A stretch of DNA of 64,000 bases, taken from the NCBI GenBank assembly GCA_964473825.1, contig CAYYQL010000003.1, forward strand, positions 10,627 through 74,626, read 5' to 3'. Source of the DNA: an uncultured archaeon. GTDB taxonomy: Archaea > Asgardarchaeota > Thorarchaeia > Thorarchaeales > Thorarchaeaceae. The position numbers and the translations under genes were made by a program. Under the pieces are notes generated by a model. The model did not search any database, was not told the origin of the DNA, and saw nothing but the letters and a program-made list of their open reading frames with translations. Shown piece after piece: positions 18,580 to 29,167 of this stretch (the stretch's first letter is position 1; the number at the start of each line of letters is the position of its first letter).

Positions 18580-19867
18580 CTATGTTCCTTCAGCGTAGGC
18601 CTTGGCGTAGGCCTCCTGTTCGGGTGTCCACTCATCGATTTCGATGCCCATGGTTTCGAGCTTATCTCGCGCTGTCTTCTTATCGAGATCCTCCGGGAAC
18701 TCGTAGACGGCCGGCTTGAGATCCTTACCGTGTTCAGTGAGCCAGAGCATTGCGTTCAATTGGCCAGCGAAGGACAGGTCCATTACCTTTCTAGGAAGCG
18801 GCAACGAATGCCAACTTCTCGCTAGGATGTCCTTCAGCTGCCACCAGATTCACGAGTCTGCCCTCACCCAGCAGGTAGAGTCTGTGCCCATCCTTGGTTG
18901 TGTACTGGTCCAGAGCAGGGCGAACTCGCTTCTTATCCGTGGCAATCTTGTCCAGATCAGGTTCGTTGATCTCCACATTGTAGTGGCCAGCATTCCCCAT
19001 GATGGCGCCATCCTTCATCATCTTCATGTGGCGCCCCACAATCACATCTCTCATACCGGTGGCCGTGAGGAACAGGTCTCCCTTGGGAGCTGCCTGGTCC
19101 ATCTTCATGACCCGGAAACCGTCCATCCGTGCTTGAAGCCCTCGGACAGGGTCGACCTCTGTCACGATCACGTTTGCGCCGAGGCCTCTTGCCCGCTCCG
19201 CCATTCCTCTGCCGCAGAATCCATAGCCAGCAATAACCACGGTCTTTCCAGCAATTAGGATTGCCGAGGCTCTCATCACGCCGTCGAAGACACTCTGTCC
19301 AGTTCCGTACACATTATCGAACAGGTGCTTCGTGTCTGCATCGTTCACAGCCATAATCGGATACTTCAGCGCACCATCTTCTGCCATTGCCCGTATCCGG
19401 ATGACACCTGTTGTAGTCTCTTCAGACCCTCCATAGAGGTTCGGAATCAGTTCTTGGTGTTTGTTGTGCAATGTGAAGATGAGGTCTGCGCCATCGTCGA
19501 TGGTCAGGTTCGGTTCCTGCTTCAGTGTCTGTTCTATGCACCAGTAGTACTCCTCATTGTTCAGTCCATGCCATGCAAAGATAGGAATATCATTTGCTGC
19601 GAGCGCTGCCGCCACCTTATCATTGGTTGATAGCGGATTGCAGCCTGACCAGGCCACTTCTGCTCCTGCTTCTCTAAGAGTCTCGACGAGCACCGCCGTT
19701 TCCTTCGTCACGTGAAGGCATCCGGATATTCTCATTCCCTTCAGTGGTTTTTCCTTGGAATATCTCTCTCTCAGATGCATCAATACAGGCATGTGTTTCT
19801 CCGCGTAATCTATTAGACCCCTGCCTTCTTCGGCAAGTTGTATGTCTTTCACCTTATAGTCTGTCAA
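18580..19867 (-). CDS. ahcY: S-adenosylhomocysteine hydrolase split by a 31-nt intron: complement(join(18580..18788,18820..19867)), 418 aa
   Basis: CLHVTKET, CNPLST, DDGAD, EETTTG, KHLFDN, GYGFCG and GRLVNL motifs; spliced junction gives GHPSEVMDLSF; exons total 1048+209=1257 nt (419 codons including stop). Confidence 0.93.
18789..18819 (-). other. Bulge-helix-bulge (tRNA-type) intron in ahcY mRNA, 31 nt
   Basis: AUC-CUAG-CG^A-GAAG...CUUC-CUAG-AA^A-GGU: two 3-nt bulges around a 4-bp helix; canonical cuts restore the frame and the consensus motif. Confidence 0.88.
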
Positions 19868-19942
19868 GTGATTCTACCCACCGGTTTCTTTCAGTAGGAC
19901 TTATTTGAATCCTCCATATCTTACCGTAATGAAACGAAGATT

Positions 19943-20896
19943 ATGTGGCTGAATATAATGCAAATCATAACCGACGATGAGCAGAAGTTATTATGTGTCC
20001 TAGTTCGTAACTCTCGGGCTGATATCAAAGAAATCGCTTCTCAGATTGAAAAGGGACGCAACTGGGTTGCAAGAAAGATGAAACGGCTGGCTCAAAACAA
20101 CATAATCAGAGCATATACAACAACGGTCAATCCCTCCCTTGTATACACTGAGCGCAATACAATCCTACTCATCAAGTCGAATCCCCGTGAATTAGATGTC
20201 AGCAAGGCTCTCCTCGAAATAAAGGGCCTCGAGTCGCTTGACGGGGTATCTGGAGACTATTCTCTCCTTGGCCTGTTTCGATTTCGGAGGAATCAGTCTT
20301 TTGAACAATTCCTAGACAAGGTTGACCGTATTGTTGCTGCGTCTGATAGCAAGTCCTACCGGCTTGTGCAGGTATTGACGACATACAAGTCCGGAGGTTT
20401 TGTAATTGAGGAGCAAGATTCGGTCCGGCCACTCACATCTTCAGAACACGAGCTGATTCAGGTGATTCGTCGCCAATGGCCATCCGATGACCACCCCTAT
20501 CCCCCCTCTCAGAAGGAGATTGGTGAGAGAATGAGTCAGCCAATAACACAGCCCGCCGTTTCCAAGGCGATTAGTAGGCTAGAGGGCCGGAGTATCATCG
20601 TAGGTTATTCCCTCGGCCTGAATTTCGCATACTTGGGACTACCCATCAAATTCTTTCTTGAGATCAAGGTTCGGCCTGGAAAGATGCGAGCGACTGCGCG
20701 CTCCATTACAGAGATGGATGCAGTATGGGCTCTTCATCGGACAAGTGAACCCTACAGCCTCTTTGCAACGGTACGTTCCTCAGATATACAGCAATACAAC
20801 CTCTTCTTGCGGGAGCTCTATCAGAACCAAGATATCCTCGATACTCGTTCGCAGATCTCTCTTGAGGAGTGGTTCGTACCGCCTTACCAGGAATAG
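19943..20896 (+). CDS. Tandem (double) Lrp/AsnC family regulator, divergent from ahcY
   Basis: Two HTH plus RAM modules: NSRADIKEIA...VSGDYSLL and QKEIGE...QPAVSKAISRLE...TSEPYSL. Confidence 0.85.
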   Translation: MWLNIMQIITDDEQKLLCVLVRNSRADIKEIASQIEKGRNWVARKMKRLAQNNIIRAYTTTVNPSLVYTERNTILLIKSNPRELDVSKALLEIKGLESLDGVSGDYSLLGLFRFRRNQSFEQFLDKVDRIVAASDSKSYRLVQVLTTYKSGGFVIEEQDSVRPLTSSEHELIQVIRRQWPSDDHPYPPSQKEIGERMSQPITQPAVSKAISRLEGRSIIVGYSLGLNFAYLGLPIKFFLEIKVRPGKMRATARSITEMDAVWALHRTSEPYSLFATVRSSDIQQYNLFLRELYQNQDILDTRSQISLEEWFVPPYQE

Positions 20897-20915
20897 AACA
20901 TTGACCTTGTTTGCC

Positions 20916-22649
20916 TCACACTAACTGGAAGGTGCCCGCAACAACAAGTGCGATGAGGAAGGCATTGAACACCACAGCTGTAACACGGTTACCAGATATC
21001 TGCCCCATCCAAAGTGTATAGAGCGTGTTCAACCCGATAAGAAGGACGAAGGGGAGCATGAGCAAGGCGACGAACATGATGAAGCCCAGTCTGATGCCTG
21101 CAAGAAATGGGACATAGAGGAATCCTAGGACAATCAGAAGTCCCACCAATCGGAGGGCTAGCATGACAAGAAACGAGCGGATCCAGTCCTCTGCTGAAGA
21201 TGGTCTGGAAGAGATGTCGTAGATGTTATTCAACCAGAGGTCTTCGGCGTAGAACAGACATAGCAAGGGTAAGGTCAGGAGGACAGAGTATACCAGTCTG
21301 AGCTGTCCCACCGTCATGGTTATGCTGACCCCTATCATCGACTGAAGCCCGAAAATCTCCGAACCAAACCAAGACCAGAACAAACACCAGAGAGCCAGCA
21401 CGAGTGAGCTCACGAGCCCCACCAACATCTCCTTCTTGCTAGGTACTAGTGCATTCTTCAGGAACGTTTCTCTGCCCAGCAGAAGGCGACTAACCAATCC
21501 AATAGTGAGGAGCATCAGTAGCGAGTACAATATAATCGAGGTTCCAAATGAGACGGGAACGAGTCGGATACCCGCAAATTCGAACCCGAATCCGCCAAGG
21601 AACGATAACAACAGGAGACTCCCGCCGAGCAGTCCAAGAACAAGGCTGTACACGTGTTTCTTCTCAATGCTCTCCCGGTGATTACTTTCAAGAGTCGTTA
21701 CCGCTGATCTTGAAGATAAGACGCAATGTGTGAGCGAGAAGAGGGGAAACACTGCTAGGAGAACGGAGGCCGAAACAAGGGCGTTTCCGATTTCACGATA
21801 GCCGTAGATGTGTTCGCTTGGGTCAAGGGTTGAATTGGCTCTGTTGTTTCCCTGTAACGATTTAATCAGCCAATCGATAGATGAACTGACCAAGACCGGG
21901 TCACTCACCTCGAAGAGATGATTCGTTTTACTGAATACCAGTTTCCTTGCACTGCCATCAGTGAAGCTGCCATATGTGACACCGGCTTCAGCAGTCTCTA
22001 TTCCTGTGGCATTCCTTAGAGTCTGCAATGCCAACTCGGTAGATACCAGTTCATCAAAAGTCCCAGTAGCAATCAGAAGGTTCTCTGGCGTAGTAGTATT
22101 GATGACTGGCCCCTCAGAGCCGAAGTCTTGACCCATTCCCCCTCCGATGATCACGGTGCTAGTCGGTTGTATTGGTGCATTCTGTAGATAGAGAGCAATT
22201 CCTGCTCCTAACGAATGGCCCAGTACACCGTAGTTGGTCGAATTGACATTGGGACTTGCCTGGACATACTCCACAGCAGCATATACATCATCAATGATAT
22301 CAGAAAACGTAGAGAAACCAAATCTCTCGGTCGAGGTTCCATGCCCGGCAAGATCAACGGCAATAACAGTGAAGTTACGCCTAGCGAGCTCGATGCTATA
22401 GGGGGACATCATGTCCCGAGAACCAGATATTCCATGAATTGTGACAACACAGGGAAGAGGACTCCCGTACTCTGAGATGCGTGGTTGATAGACGGAGAAA
22501 TGGACTTCTCTTCCGTCTGGTTTCTCAATAATCCAATCCTCAATATTCACTTCGCCGAGACCGCGCTCTGTTGACCAGCTTAGATACATCGAAGAGAGCA
22601 TCACTACTACTAGAATGAATAGCGTGAATCTGGTTGCCAACTTGGACAT
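20916..22649 (-). CDS. Membrane-anchored alpha/beta hydrolase with polytopic C-terminal domain
   Basis: IHG, DLAGHG and GHSLG nucleophile elbow; about 8 C-terminal TMs. Confidence 0.85.
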   Translation of the reverse strand: MSKLATRFTLFILVVVMLSSMYLSWSTERGLGEVNIEDWIIEKPDGREVHFSVYQPRISEYGSPLPCVVTIHGISGSRDMMSPYSIELARRNFTVIAVDLAGHGTSTERFGFSTFSDIIDDVYAAVEYVQASPNVNSTNYGVLGHSLGAGIALYLQNAPIQPTSTVIIGGGMGQDFGSEGPVINTTTPENLLIATGTFDELVSTELALQTLRNATGIETAEAGVTYGSFTDGSARKLVFSKTNHLFEVSDPVLVSSSIDWLIKSLQGNNRANSTLDPSEHIYGYREIGNALVSASVLLAVFPLFSLTHCVLSSRSAVTTLESNHRESIEKKHVYSLVLGLLGGSLLLLSFLGGFGFEFAGIRLVPVSFGTSIILYSLLMLLTIGLVSRLLLGRETFLKNALVPSKKEMLVGLVSSLVLALWCLFWSWFGSEIFGLQSMIGVSITMTVGQLRLVYSVLLTLPLLCLFYAEDLWLNNIYDISSRPSSAEDWIRSFLVMLALRLVGLLIVLGFLYVPFLAGIRLGFIMFVALLMLPFVLLIGLNTLYTLWMGQISGNRVTAVVFNAFLIALVVAGTFQLV

Positions 22650-22766
22650 ACGTCCTACACCTACTAGCTCAGCAGTTAGTCAGTCCATTAACGGAGTTCG
22701 TGATATATCTTGAGGATATTTCTCCAATCCTGATATGACACGCATCAACACTATTAAGCAGGAAAG

Positions 22767-23306
22767 ATGATTCGTGCGAAGGTGCATTCATTGACACTAC
22801 ACAAGTTCGAAGACAAGTATCCCACGGTCGATTCTGAGGCATACGTGTCAGATCGTGCTTCAGTCATCGGGGATGTTGACATTGGCCCGGAGAGTAGTAT
22901 ATGGGAGTTCGCAGTGTTGAGAGCTGACATGAACAAGATTACCATCGGGAGAGGTACATCCATTCAAGATAATGCTACGGTCCACACTGAGTTCACACAT
23001 CCCACCCGTATTGGGGACTATGTGACTGCAGGTCACAACTGTGTCATCCATGGCTGTGAGATAGGCGACCGTTGCGTCATTGGTATTGGTTCAATCGTTC
23101 TCACTGGTGCAAAGATTGGAGATGACTCTGTTGTGGGAGCTGGCGCCGTAGTGACCGAGGGTTCTGAGATACCACCTAACTCGCTCGTATTGGGCGTCCC
23201 CGGCAAGGTAGTTCGAGAAGTTCCAGAGGACCTCAAGGAGGCCTTCATGATGGGTGCTAGGTCGTATATTGAATTGGGGCGGGTCTATCGTGGGCAATCC
23301 GACTAA
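22767..23306 (+). CDS. Gamma-carbonic anhydrase-like (YrdA/PaaY family) hexapeptide-repeat protein
   Basis: IQDNATVH and GHNCVIHGC with three His ligands; true start may be TTG 22791. Confidence 0.9.
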   Translation: MIRAKVHSLTLHKFEDKYPTVDSEAYVSDRASVIGDVDIGPESSIWEFAVLRADMNKITIGRGTSIQDNATVHTEFTHPTRIGDYVTAGHNCVIHGCEIGDRCVIGIGSIVLTGAKIGDDSVVGAGAVVTEGSEIPPNSLVLGVPGKVVREVPEDLKEAFMMGARSYIELGRVYRGQSD

Positions 23307-23377
23307 GAACACCCGGACCCTACTTATGTCAAGTCTTAATACTAAGAAAACGGCCTTTCTAACAAGAGGCTCAAGAG

Positions 23378-25093
23378 TTGGATGAAGTTTCAATTGTTCT
23401 TGCTGGTGCCGCTGGGCAGGGTATAGAAACTGTTGCCGATTTTATGGCCACGGTCTTGAAGAATACTGGCTATCACGTCTTCGCAACCCGCGAGTTCATG
23501 TCGCGTATCAGGGGAGGCACTAATTCATTACAACTCCGTGTTTCTACTCAACGGCGGACAGCCTATCGCGGGCGTACTGATATCATGGTGCCGCTCAATG
23601 AAACTGCAATACCCCATCTCGAGAAGTACTCCCGTCTCGATGATGACACGCTTGTGATTGGAGAGGATGAGTTTGTCAGTGACCGAGCTAAGCGGAACCC
23701 AGAAAGGACCGTTATCATGCGTTTCACTGAGATTGCGAAGGATGTTGGTGGCAAGATATATTCCAATACCGTCGCTGCAGGCTCGATTCTGGCCCTCTTC
23801 GATGTTGAAGACGAAACGGTGTATGAGTATCTGACTGAACGATTCGGCTCAAAGGGCAATGATGTCGTAGAGCAGAACAAGAACGCCTATCATCGAGGTG
23901 TAGACGAGGGCAAGAGAATCGGTTCCAAACGCTTTGCTGTGGACATGCAACCGAACCAGAAGATTGCCGCTGAGATGCTCATCAGCGGCACGGACTCTGT
24001 GGCCATGGGTGCAATCGCTGGGGGATGCAACTTCATTGCCTCCTATCCGATGTCTCCCTCGACCGGTGTGCTCGTGTTTCTCTCACAGCAGGCAACAGAG
24101 TTCGGGATTGTGGTGGACCAGGCCGAAGATGAGATTTCAGCAATGAACAAGGGTCTAGGGGCTTGGTATGCTGGCGCCCGGGCGATGGTGACCACTTCAG
24201 GAGGGGGATTCGCTCTGATGTCCGAGGGGCTGAGCTTGGCCGGCATCACGGAGACTCCAATGGTAATCCATCTCGCGCAGAGACCTGGTCCTGCTACAGG
24301 ACTACCGACACGAACTGAACAGGGCGACCTGCTTCACGTGATCCGGACCGCACACGGTGACTTTCCAAGAATCGTGCTGACTCCGGGGACGCTGGAGGAT
24401 GGGTTCTTCCTGACTCAGAGGGCCTTCAATCTAGCCGACAAGTATCAGGTGCCAGTCTTCGTACTAACGGACCAATACTTTGTGGACTCAACATCGAACA
24501 CACCTGTCTTCGATCTCAGCAGCGTGGAGGTTCAAAAGCACATTACGAAGACAGAGGCCGGATATCAACGCTACAGGCTCACTGAAAACGGAATCTCTCC
24601 TCGGGGCATCCCTGGCCATGGTGAGGGGCTTGTCTGTGTGGACAGCGATGAACATGATGAGGATGGACACATTACGGAAGACCTTCATATTCGAGTGGAT
24701 ATGGTCCAGAAGCGATTCATGAAGAAAATGCAGGCGATCCGCAAGGACTTCATCATGCCCGAGCTGGTTGGGTCCGAGGACTATTCGACCCTAGTGGTCA
24801 CGTGGGGGTCAAACTACCATTGTGTCCGTGAGGTAATCGAGAAGATGGATGGCAGGGGTATATCCATGCTTCATTTCAAACAGACATATCCCCTCTTAGA
24901 GGATGTCTTAGAGTACCTCGAACAGGCAGACACCGTGGTGGCCATTGAGAATAACGCGACTGGGCAGTTCACAAAGATCTTACGGGACGAGCTGGGATTC
25001 GCCATCTCACCTGATGATATGTTATTGAAGTACAATGGACTACCCTTTGCTGTGGAAGAGATAGAGGAGTTCCTGAGCAATTATGGAAGGTAG
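23378..25093 (+). CDS. 2-oxoacid:ferredoxin oxidoreductase, fused gamma-alpha subunit
   Basis: GAAGQG, SRIRGG, YPMSP, QAEDEI, TSGGG and QRPGPATGLPT motifs. Confidence 0.93.
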   Translation: MDEVSIVLAGAAGQGIETVADFMATVLKNTGYHVFATREFMSRIRGGTNSLQLRVSTQRRTAYRGRTDIMVPLNETAIPHLEKYSRLDDDTLVIGEDEFVSDRAKRNPERTVIMRFTEIAKDVGGKIYSNTVAAGSILALFDVEDETVYEYLTERFGSKGNDVVEQNKNAYHRGVDEGKRIGSKRFAVDMQPNQKIAAEMLISGTDSVAMGAIAGGCNFIASYPMSPSTGVLVFLSQQATEFGIVVDQAEDEISAMNKGLGAWYAGARAMVTTSGGGFALMSEGLSLAGITETPMVIHLAQRPGPATGLPTRTEQGDLLHVIRTAHGDFPRIVLTPGTLEDGFFLTQRAFNLADKYQVPVFVLTDQYFVDSTSNTPVFDLSSVEVQKHITKTEAGYQRYRLTENGISPRGIPGHGEGLVCVDSDEHDEDGHITEDLHIRVDMVQKRFMKKMQAIRKDFIMPELVGSEDYSTLVVTWGSNYHCVREVIEKMDGRGISMLHFKQTYPLLEDVLEYLEQADTVVAIENNATGQFTKILRDELGFAISPDDMLLKYNGLPFAVEEIEEFLSNYGR

Positions 25094-25981
25094 GTGTCAG
25101 ATTTGAAACCAGAAGACTTTGAGATAATGGATGACGTGGACTACGATATTGCCTGGTGCCCCGGATGCGGCAATTTCAGGATACGCAAGGTCCTGATGCA
25201 GGCATTGGCTGAACTGGACATGAAACCCCAAGAAGTTGTTATGACATCGGGAATCGGTCAGGCCGCCAAGACGCCACACTATATTCGTGTGAACTTCTTC
25301 AATGGCCTTCATGGCCGTTCATTGCCTCCGGCTTTGGCAATCAAGGCGGCAAATCCAGAACTGACCGTCATTGCCGAGAGTGGCGATGGCTGCATGTACG
25401 GCGAGGGTGGCAACCACTTCGTTCATACCATGCTACGCAACCCCAACATCACGGTCCTTGTACACAACAATATGGTCTATGGACTGACGAAAGGGCAGGC
25501 ATCTCCTACGAGCGGAGAGGACTTTGAGACACCCGTACAGACTGCAGACCGCGGAGGAGTGACTAACACACCCTTCAATCCCATAGCCCTTGGCATCTCG
25601 ATGGGGGCAACCTTTGTAGCGCGTGCTTTCATCGGTGACGAGGAAGAGTCCAAGGAACTCATGAAGAGGGCAATCCGTCACAAGGGCTTAGCCTTTCTAG
25701 ACATCTTCCAACCATGTGTCACCTACAACAAGATAAACACCTTTGGTTGGTTCCGGAAAAACACCTACTACTTAGATGAGAGCCACGACACAGGTGATAG
25801 GGTTGCTGCTTTCAAGAAGGCACTTGAAACTGATAAGCTCCCTCTCGGTGTGTTCTATTCGAAGTCGAAACAACCGACTTTCGAGGAGGAGTCGACGGTG
25901 TATCAAGTTGACGAACGTCCCCTCTTCCAACGTGATGTTGACTTCGATCGGTTGAGGAGTCTTCTGAAGTCCAAGGTTTAG
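25094..25981 (+). CDS. 2-oxoacid:ferredoxin oxidoreductase beta subunit
   Basis: WCPGCG, HGR, GDG...GGNH (TPP motif) and QPCVTYN. Confidence 0.93.
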   Translation: MSDLKPEDFEIMDDVDYDIAWCPGCGNFRIRKVLMQALAELDMKPQEVVMTSGIGQAAKTPHYIRVNFFNGLHGRSLPPALAIKAANPELTVIAESGDGCMYGEGGNHFVHTMLRNPNITVLVHNNMVYGLTKGQASPTSGEDFETPVQTADRGGVTNTPFNPIALGISMGATFVARAFIGDEEESKELMKRAIRHKGLAFLDIFQPCVTYNKINTFGWFRKNTYYLDESHDTGDRVAAFKKALETDKLPLGVFYSKSKQPTFEEESTVYQVDERPLFQRDVDFDRLRSLLKSKV

Positions 25982-26057
25982 GGCTGAGCTACTTCAAATC
26001 CTAGAAAATGGATATTATGGTATGATCTCAGGATTTGGCTGGTCTACTAGGAGATTC

Positions 26058-26618
26058 TCACCCGATACTCTCGGGTTCAGCTTCTTCTCCAGCCTCGAAA
26101 CCGTATTCTAAGGCCTGTAAGTTGGTCTTTACAAAGCGTGGCCAACGATCTTCGATTTGGCGCTTGAGACCCTCAACCGAGAGGGCACCCGTGATAGCCG
26201 TAAATGCACCCAGCATCACGACGTTTGTTGCGAGTTTGTTGCCAACTTTCTCGTCTGCAATCCTCGTGGCGGGAATCTTGTATATTTTGACCCCCTCAGG
26301 TATATCGCCCTCGATGTTGACAAGGTCTTGGTCTATAATGAGAATTCCATGCTCCTTGAGACCGCCGATATAAGACAGAAATGCAGCTCGACTCATGGCA
26401 ATGAAGACATCGGGATTTTGTACCTTGGGATAGTCAATCTCCTGATCCCCCATAACAACCTCGCTCTTTGATGCACCACCTCGTGCCTCTGGGCCATAAG
26501 ATTGAGTTTGTACTACGTACTTGCCATCGTGTAGCGATGCGGTCTCTCCCATGACAACGGCCATGGTCACAATCCCTTGGCCCCCGAACCCTCCAATTCT
26601 GATTTCGTATCTATCCAT
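26058..26618 (-). CDS. korC: 2-oxoglutarate-type ferredoxin oxidoreductase gamma subunit
   Basis: GFGGQG and QSYGPEARGG motifs. Confidence 0.88.
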   Translation of the reverse strand: MDRYEIRIGGFGGQGIVTMAVVMGETASLHDGKYVVQTQSYGPEARGGASKSEVVMGDQEIDYPKVQNPDVFIAMSRAAFLSYIGGLKEHGILIIDQDLVNIEGDIPEGVKIYKIPATRIADEKVGNKLATNVVMLGAFTAITGALSVEGLKRQIEDRWPRFVKTNLQALEYGFEAGEEAEPESIG

Positions 26619-26622
26619 CAGA

Positions 26623-27465
26623 TCACCCCTCGATTTTGCTTCGCATCCGACTTATCACGTCTGTGTATTCTGGCTTATCAACATCCACGAACTCCCCACA
26701 GACGATTCTAGTGTCATAGTCGAGTTCTGCCTCGTGAGGTGGCAAGCCATTCTGTATTTCTGCGACTTCGAGCAGGTGTTTGTGCATGGTGACGCCATCG
26801 CCGAGGCGATTGCTCCTACCGAAGGCCGTTGGGCAAGCTCCGATGATTTCGATGAAGGAGAAACCTTCCTTCTTGATTCCCCTCTGAATAGAACGTGCAG
26901 CTCTTCTTGCCTGAACGGCAGTCCAACGAGCAACAAAAGACGCTCCCGAACTCGCTGCAAGTTTCACGAGATTGAATGGGTGTTCGTAGTTTCCAATCGG
27001 GGGTGGACTTGTCTGTGAGTACCTCTTGTGCTCAGTGGTTGGCCCGAACTGTCCTCCGGTCATGCCATAATTGAAGTTATTGACACATATCACTGTCATA
27101 TCGATATTCCGTCTACATGCATGGATTAGATGATTTCCGCCGATTGCAGCAATGTCCCCATCACCGCTTATGACTATCACTTCAAGGTCTGGATTTGCAA
27201 TCTTCACGCCTTCAGCAAATGCAATGGCTCTACCATGAGTGGTATGGAAGGTTCCAGTCTTAAAATAGCCAGAGGTTCGTCCGGTGCAACCAATACCTGA
27301 TACTATGACAACTTTGCTGAAATCTATCTCTAACTTGTCGATTGCACGTGCGACCATGTTGGTCACAATACCTATGGAACATCCGGGGCAGTATATCCAA
27401 GGAAGTCGGTCTTGTCGGATATACTTGGCCATTGGATGGCTTAGTGTCTTCTGAGTGGTTGTCAT
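26623..27465 (-). CDS. korB: 2-oxoglutarate-type ferredoxin oxidoreductase beta subunit
   Basis: CPGC, SGIGC, GDGD...GGNH and YGMTGGQ motifs. Confidence 0.88.
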   Translation of the reverse strand: MTTTQKTLSHPMAKYIRQDRLPWIYCPGCSIGIVTNMVARAIDKLEIDFSKVVIVSGIGCTGRTSGYFKTGTFHTTHGRAIAFAEGVKIANPDLEVIVISGDGDIAAIGGNHLIHACRRNIDMTVICVNNFNYGMTGGQFGPTTEHKRYSQTSPPPIGNYEHPFNLVKLAASSGASFVARWTAVQARRAARSIQRGIKKEGFSFIEIIGACPTAFGRSNRLGDGVTMHKHLLEVAEIQNGLPPHEAELDYDTRIVCGEFVDVDKPEYTDVISRMRSKIEG

Positions 27466-28607
27466 TGGGAATCAATCTCCTTGATTTTCTGAGTTATCTC
27501 CTCTGGTAACTGAGGCATCCCTGCGGGTTTTCTCATGAGCGTAATAGGTGTCGGTGCTGCAGCCGCTCTCACCATGTGGTATATCTGCCCCATGTTCTGT
27601 TCGGCCACAATTATATGTTCGACTTCAGTGCCAAGCCGTGCCACTGCCTCCTCTGGAAATGGCCAGACTGTCTTGAGTCTGAGCAGCCCGACCTTGATAC
27701 CTTCTTCTCGGGCGATGGCAATAGCTCTTCTAGCACTCCGTGATGGTGTGCCATAGGCTATGACTGCAATCTCTGCATCATCGAGCTGATATCTCTCAAG
27801 ATCAATGATATCGTCAGCATTCTTGAGAATCTTATCATTCAGTCGAGTGATTAGATCAATCTGTATGTCTTCCTTGTCACTTGGATATCCGCGCTCGTCA
27901 TGAGTGAGTCCTGTGGCGTAGAACTGATACTTGGAACCCAATAGCGCCATTGGTGGAACGAGGTCATCGTCCGCCTTGAACGGGAGGTACTCGCTCGGAT
28001 CTCCTGTTGGCTGTTTCCTGTTGACTATCTTGATGTCCTTTTGGTCAGGAATAACTAGTTTCTCACGCATGTGTCCCACGGTTTCGTCTGCAAGAACAAA
28101 GACAGGTGTTCTATACTTCTCAGCAAGATTGAATGCCTGAACAGTCTGATCAAACATCTCTTGGACTGAGGCGGGGGTGAGACCGATTATCTGATAGTCT
28201 CCATGACTTCCCCACTTTGCCTGCATGATATCTCCCTGCTGACCCCTTGTGGGTTGTCCTGTACTCGGTCCTCCACGCATGATATTGATGAGAACGAGCG
28301 GCGTTTCTGTCATGACCGCCAGACCGATGGCTTCCAACATGAGGCTGACTCCCGGTCCGGATGTTGCCGTCATTGACTTCGTTCCTGTCCATGACGCACC
28401 AATCACGCTGGTGATTGATGCAATCTCGTCCTCATACTGAACATATGCCCCCCCAAGCTCCGGCATACGAAGTGACATCCACTCCGCAATCTCAGTAGCA
28501 GGGGTGATCGGATATCCACCAAAATACCTGCATCCAGCACTGAGCGCACCTTCAGCTGCAGCAATGTCTCCCATTGTAAACATAACTCTCTCGGGCACTG
28601 GTTTCAT
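27462..28607 (-). CDS. korA: 2-oxoglutarate-type ferredoxin oxidoreductase alpha subunit
   Basis: GYPITP, EDEI, TSGPG and [10 protein letters not shown] motifs. Confidence 0.88.
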   Translation of the reverse strand: MKPVPERVMFTMGDIAAAEGALSAGCRYFGGYPITPATEIAEWMSLRMPELGGAYVQYEDEIASITSVIGASWTGTKSMTATSGPGVSLMLEAIGLAVMTETPLVLINIMRGGPSTGQPTRGQQGDIMQAKWGSHGDYQIIGLTPASVQEMFDQTVQAFNLAEKYRTPVFVLADETVGHMREKLVIPDQKDIKIVNRKQPTGDPSEYLPFKADDDLVPPMALLGSKYQFYATGLTHDERGYPSDKEDIQIDLITRLNDKILKNADDIIDLERYQLDDAEIAVIAYGTPSRSARRAIAIAREEGIKVGLLRLKTVWPFPEEAVARLGTEVEHIIVAEQNMGQIYHMVRAAAAPTPITLMRKPAGMPQLPEEITQKIKEIDSQ

Positions 28608-28957
28608 TCCTCCTTGGACCCTTCCTCTTCATCCTTCTCAAATTCCGGGATGAGAGTGTTTTCTTCCAGCTTCCCTTCTTCGTATGCCTCGCGTGCCTCA
28701 TTGCTATCAGATAGGAAGATGGCCATATCTGGACAGATTCTCTCGCAGAACTCGCAGTTCACGCATGCCTCGATATCACACGCTGTAACGGGATGATATC
28801 CCTTGCGATTGTACTTTTCCATATCAAAACACAGGACATTCTTCGGGCAGAACTCCACACAGAGTCCACACTCTTTGCATTGCTCTTGAAGAATAACGAG
28901 AACCTTTTCTCGTTTTCTCGGTGGTTTCGGTGTTATCGGCTTGCGAGCACTTGACAT
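28604..28957 (-). CDS. korD: 2[4Fe-4S] delta subunit
   Basis: [12 protein letters not shown] and [12 protein letters not shown]; first gene of the operon. Confidence 0.85.
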   Translation of the reverse strand: MSSARKPITPKPPRKREKVLVILQEQCKECGLCVEFCPKNVLCFDMEKYNRKGYHPVTACDIEACVNCEFCERICPDMAIFLSDSNEAREAYEEGKLEENTLIPEFEKDEEEGSKEE

Positions 28958-29167
28958 ATGATATTACTCCGTGGCCACTGCGGTTACCTTGGACCGCATA
29001 GGAGTTGTTCTGTGAAGCAACCAACAATACTGCCGGTCTACACACGAGTGGGCTGAATTCTCAGCTATTTAGGCGTTACTTTAAGGGACCTTCGAAATCT
29101 GTCGAACGACCAAAGCTTAAGAGCAACCGAGTCAAGAAAAGAGCTGACGAAACTGGAGAGGTAAGTC

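Noticed and set aside
18791-18826. ahcY insert as a MITE/IS footprint with CTAG target-site duplication (CCTAG occurs at both ends)
   Set aside because: Excising between the CTAG repeats gives GHPRKVMD, whereas the BHB cut sites give the consensus GHPSEVMD. The CTAG pair is explained as the self-complementary central helix.
18580-19867. ahcY as a simple frameshifted pseudogene or programmed frameshift
   Set aside because: The break is a discrete 31-nt structured insertion, not a 1-2 nt indel. Both halves look intact, and frameshifting would leave about 10 foreign residues in a conserved motif.
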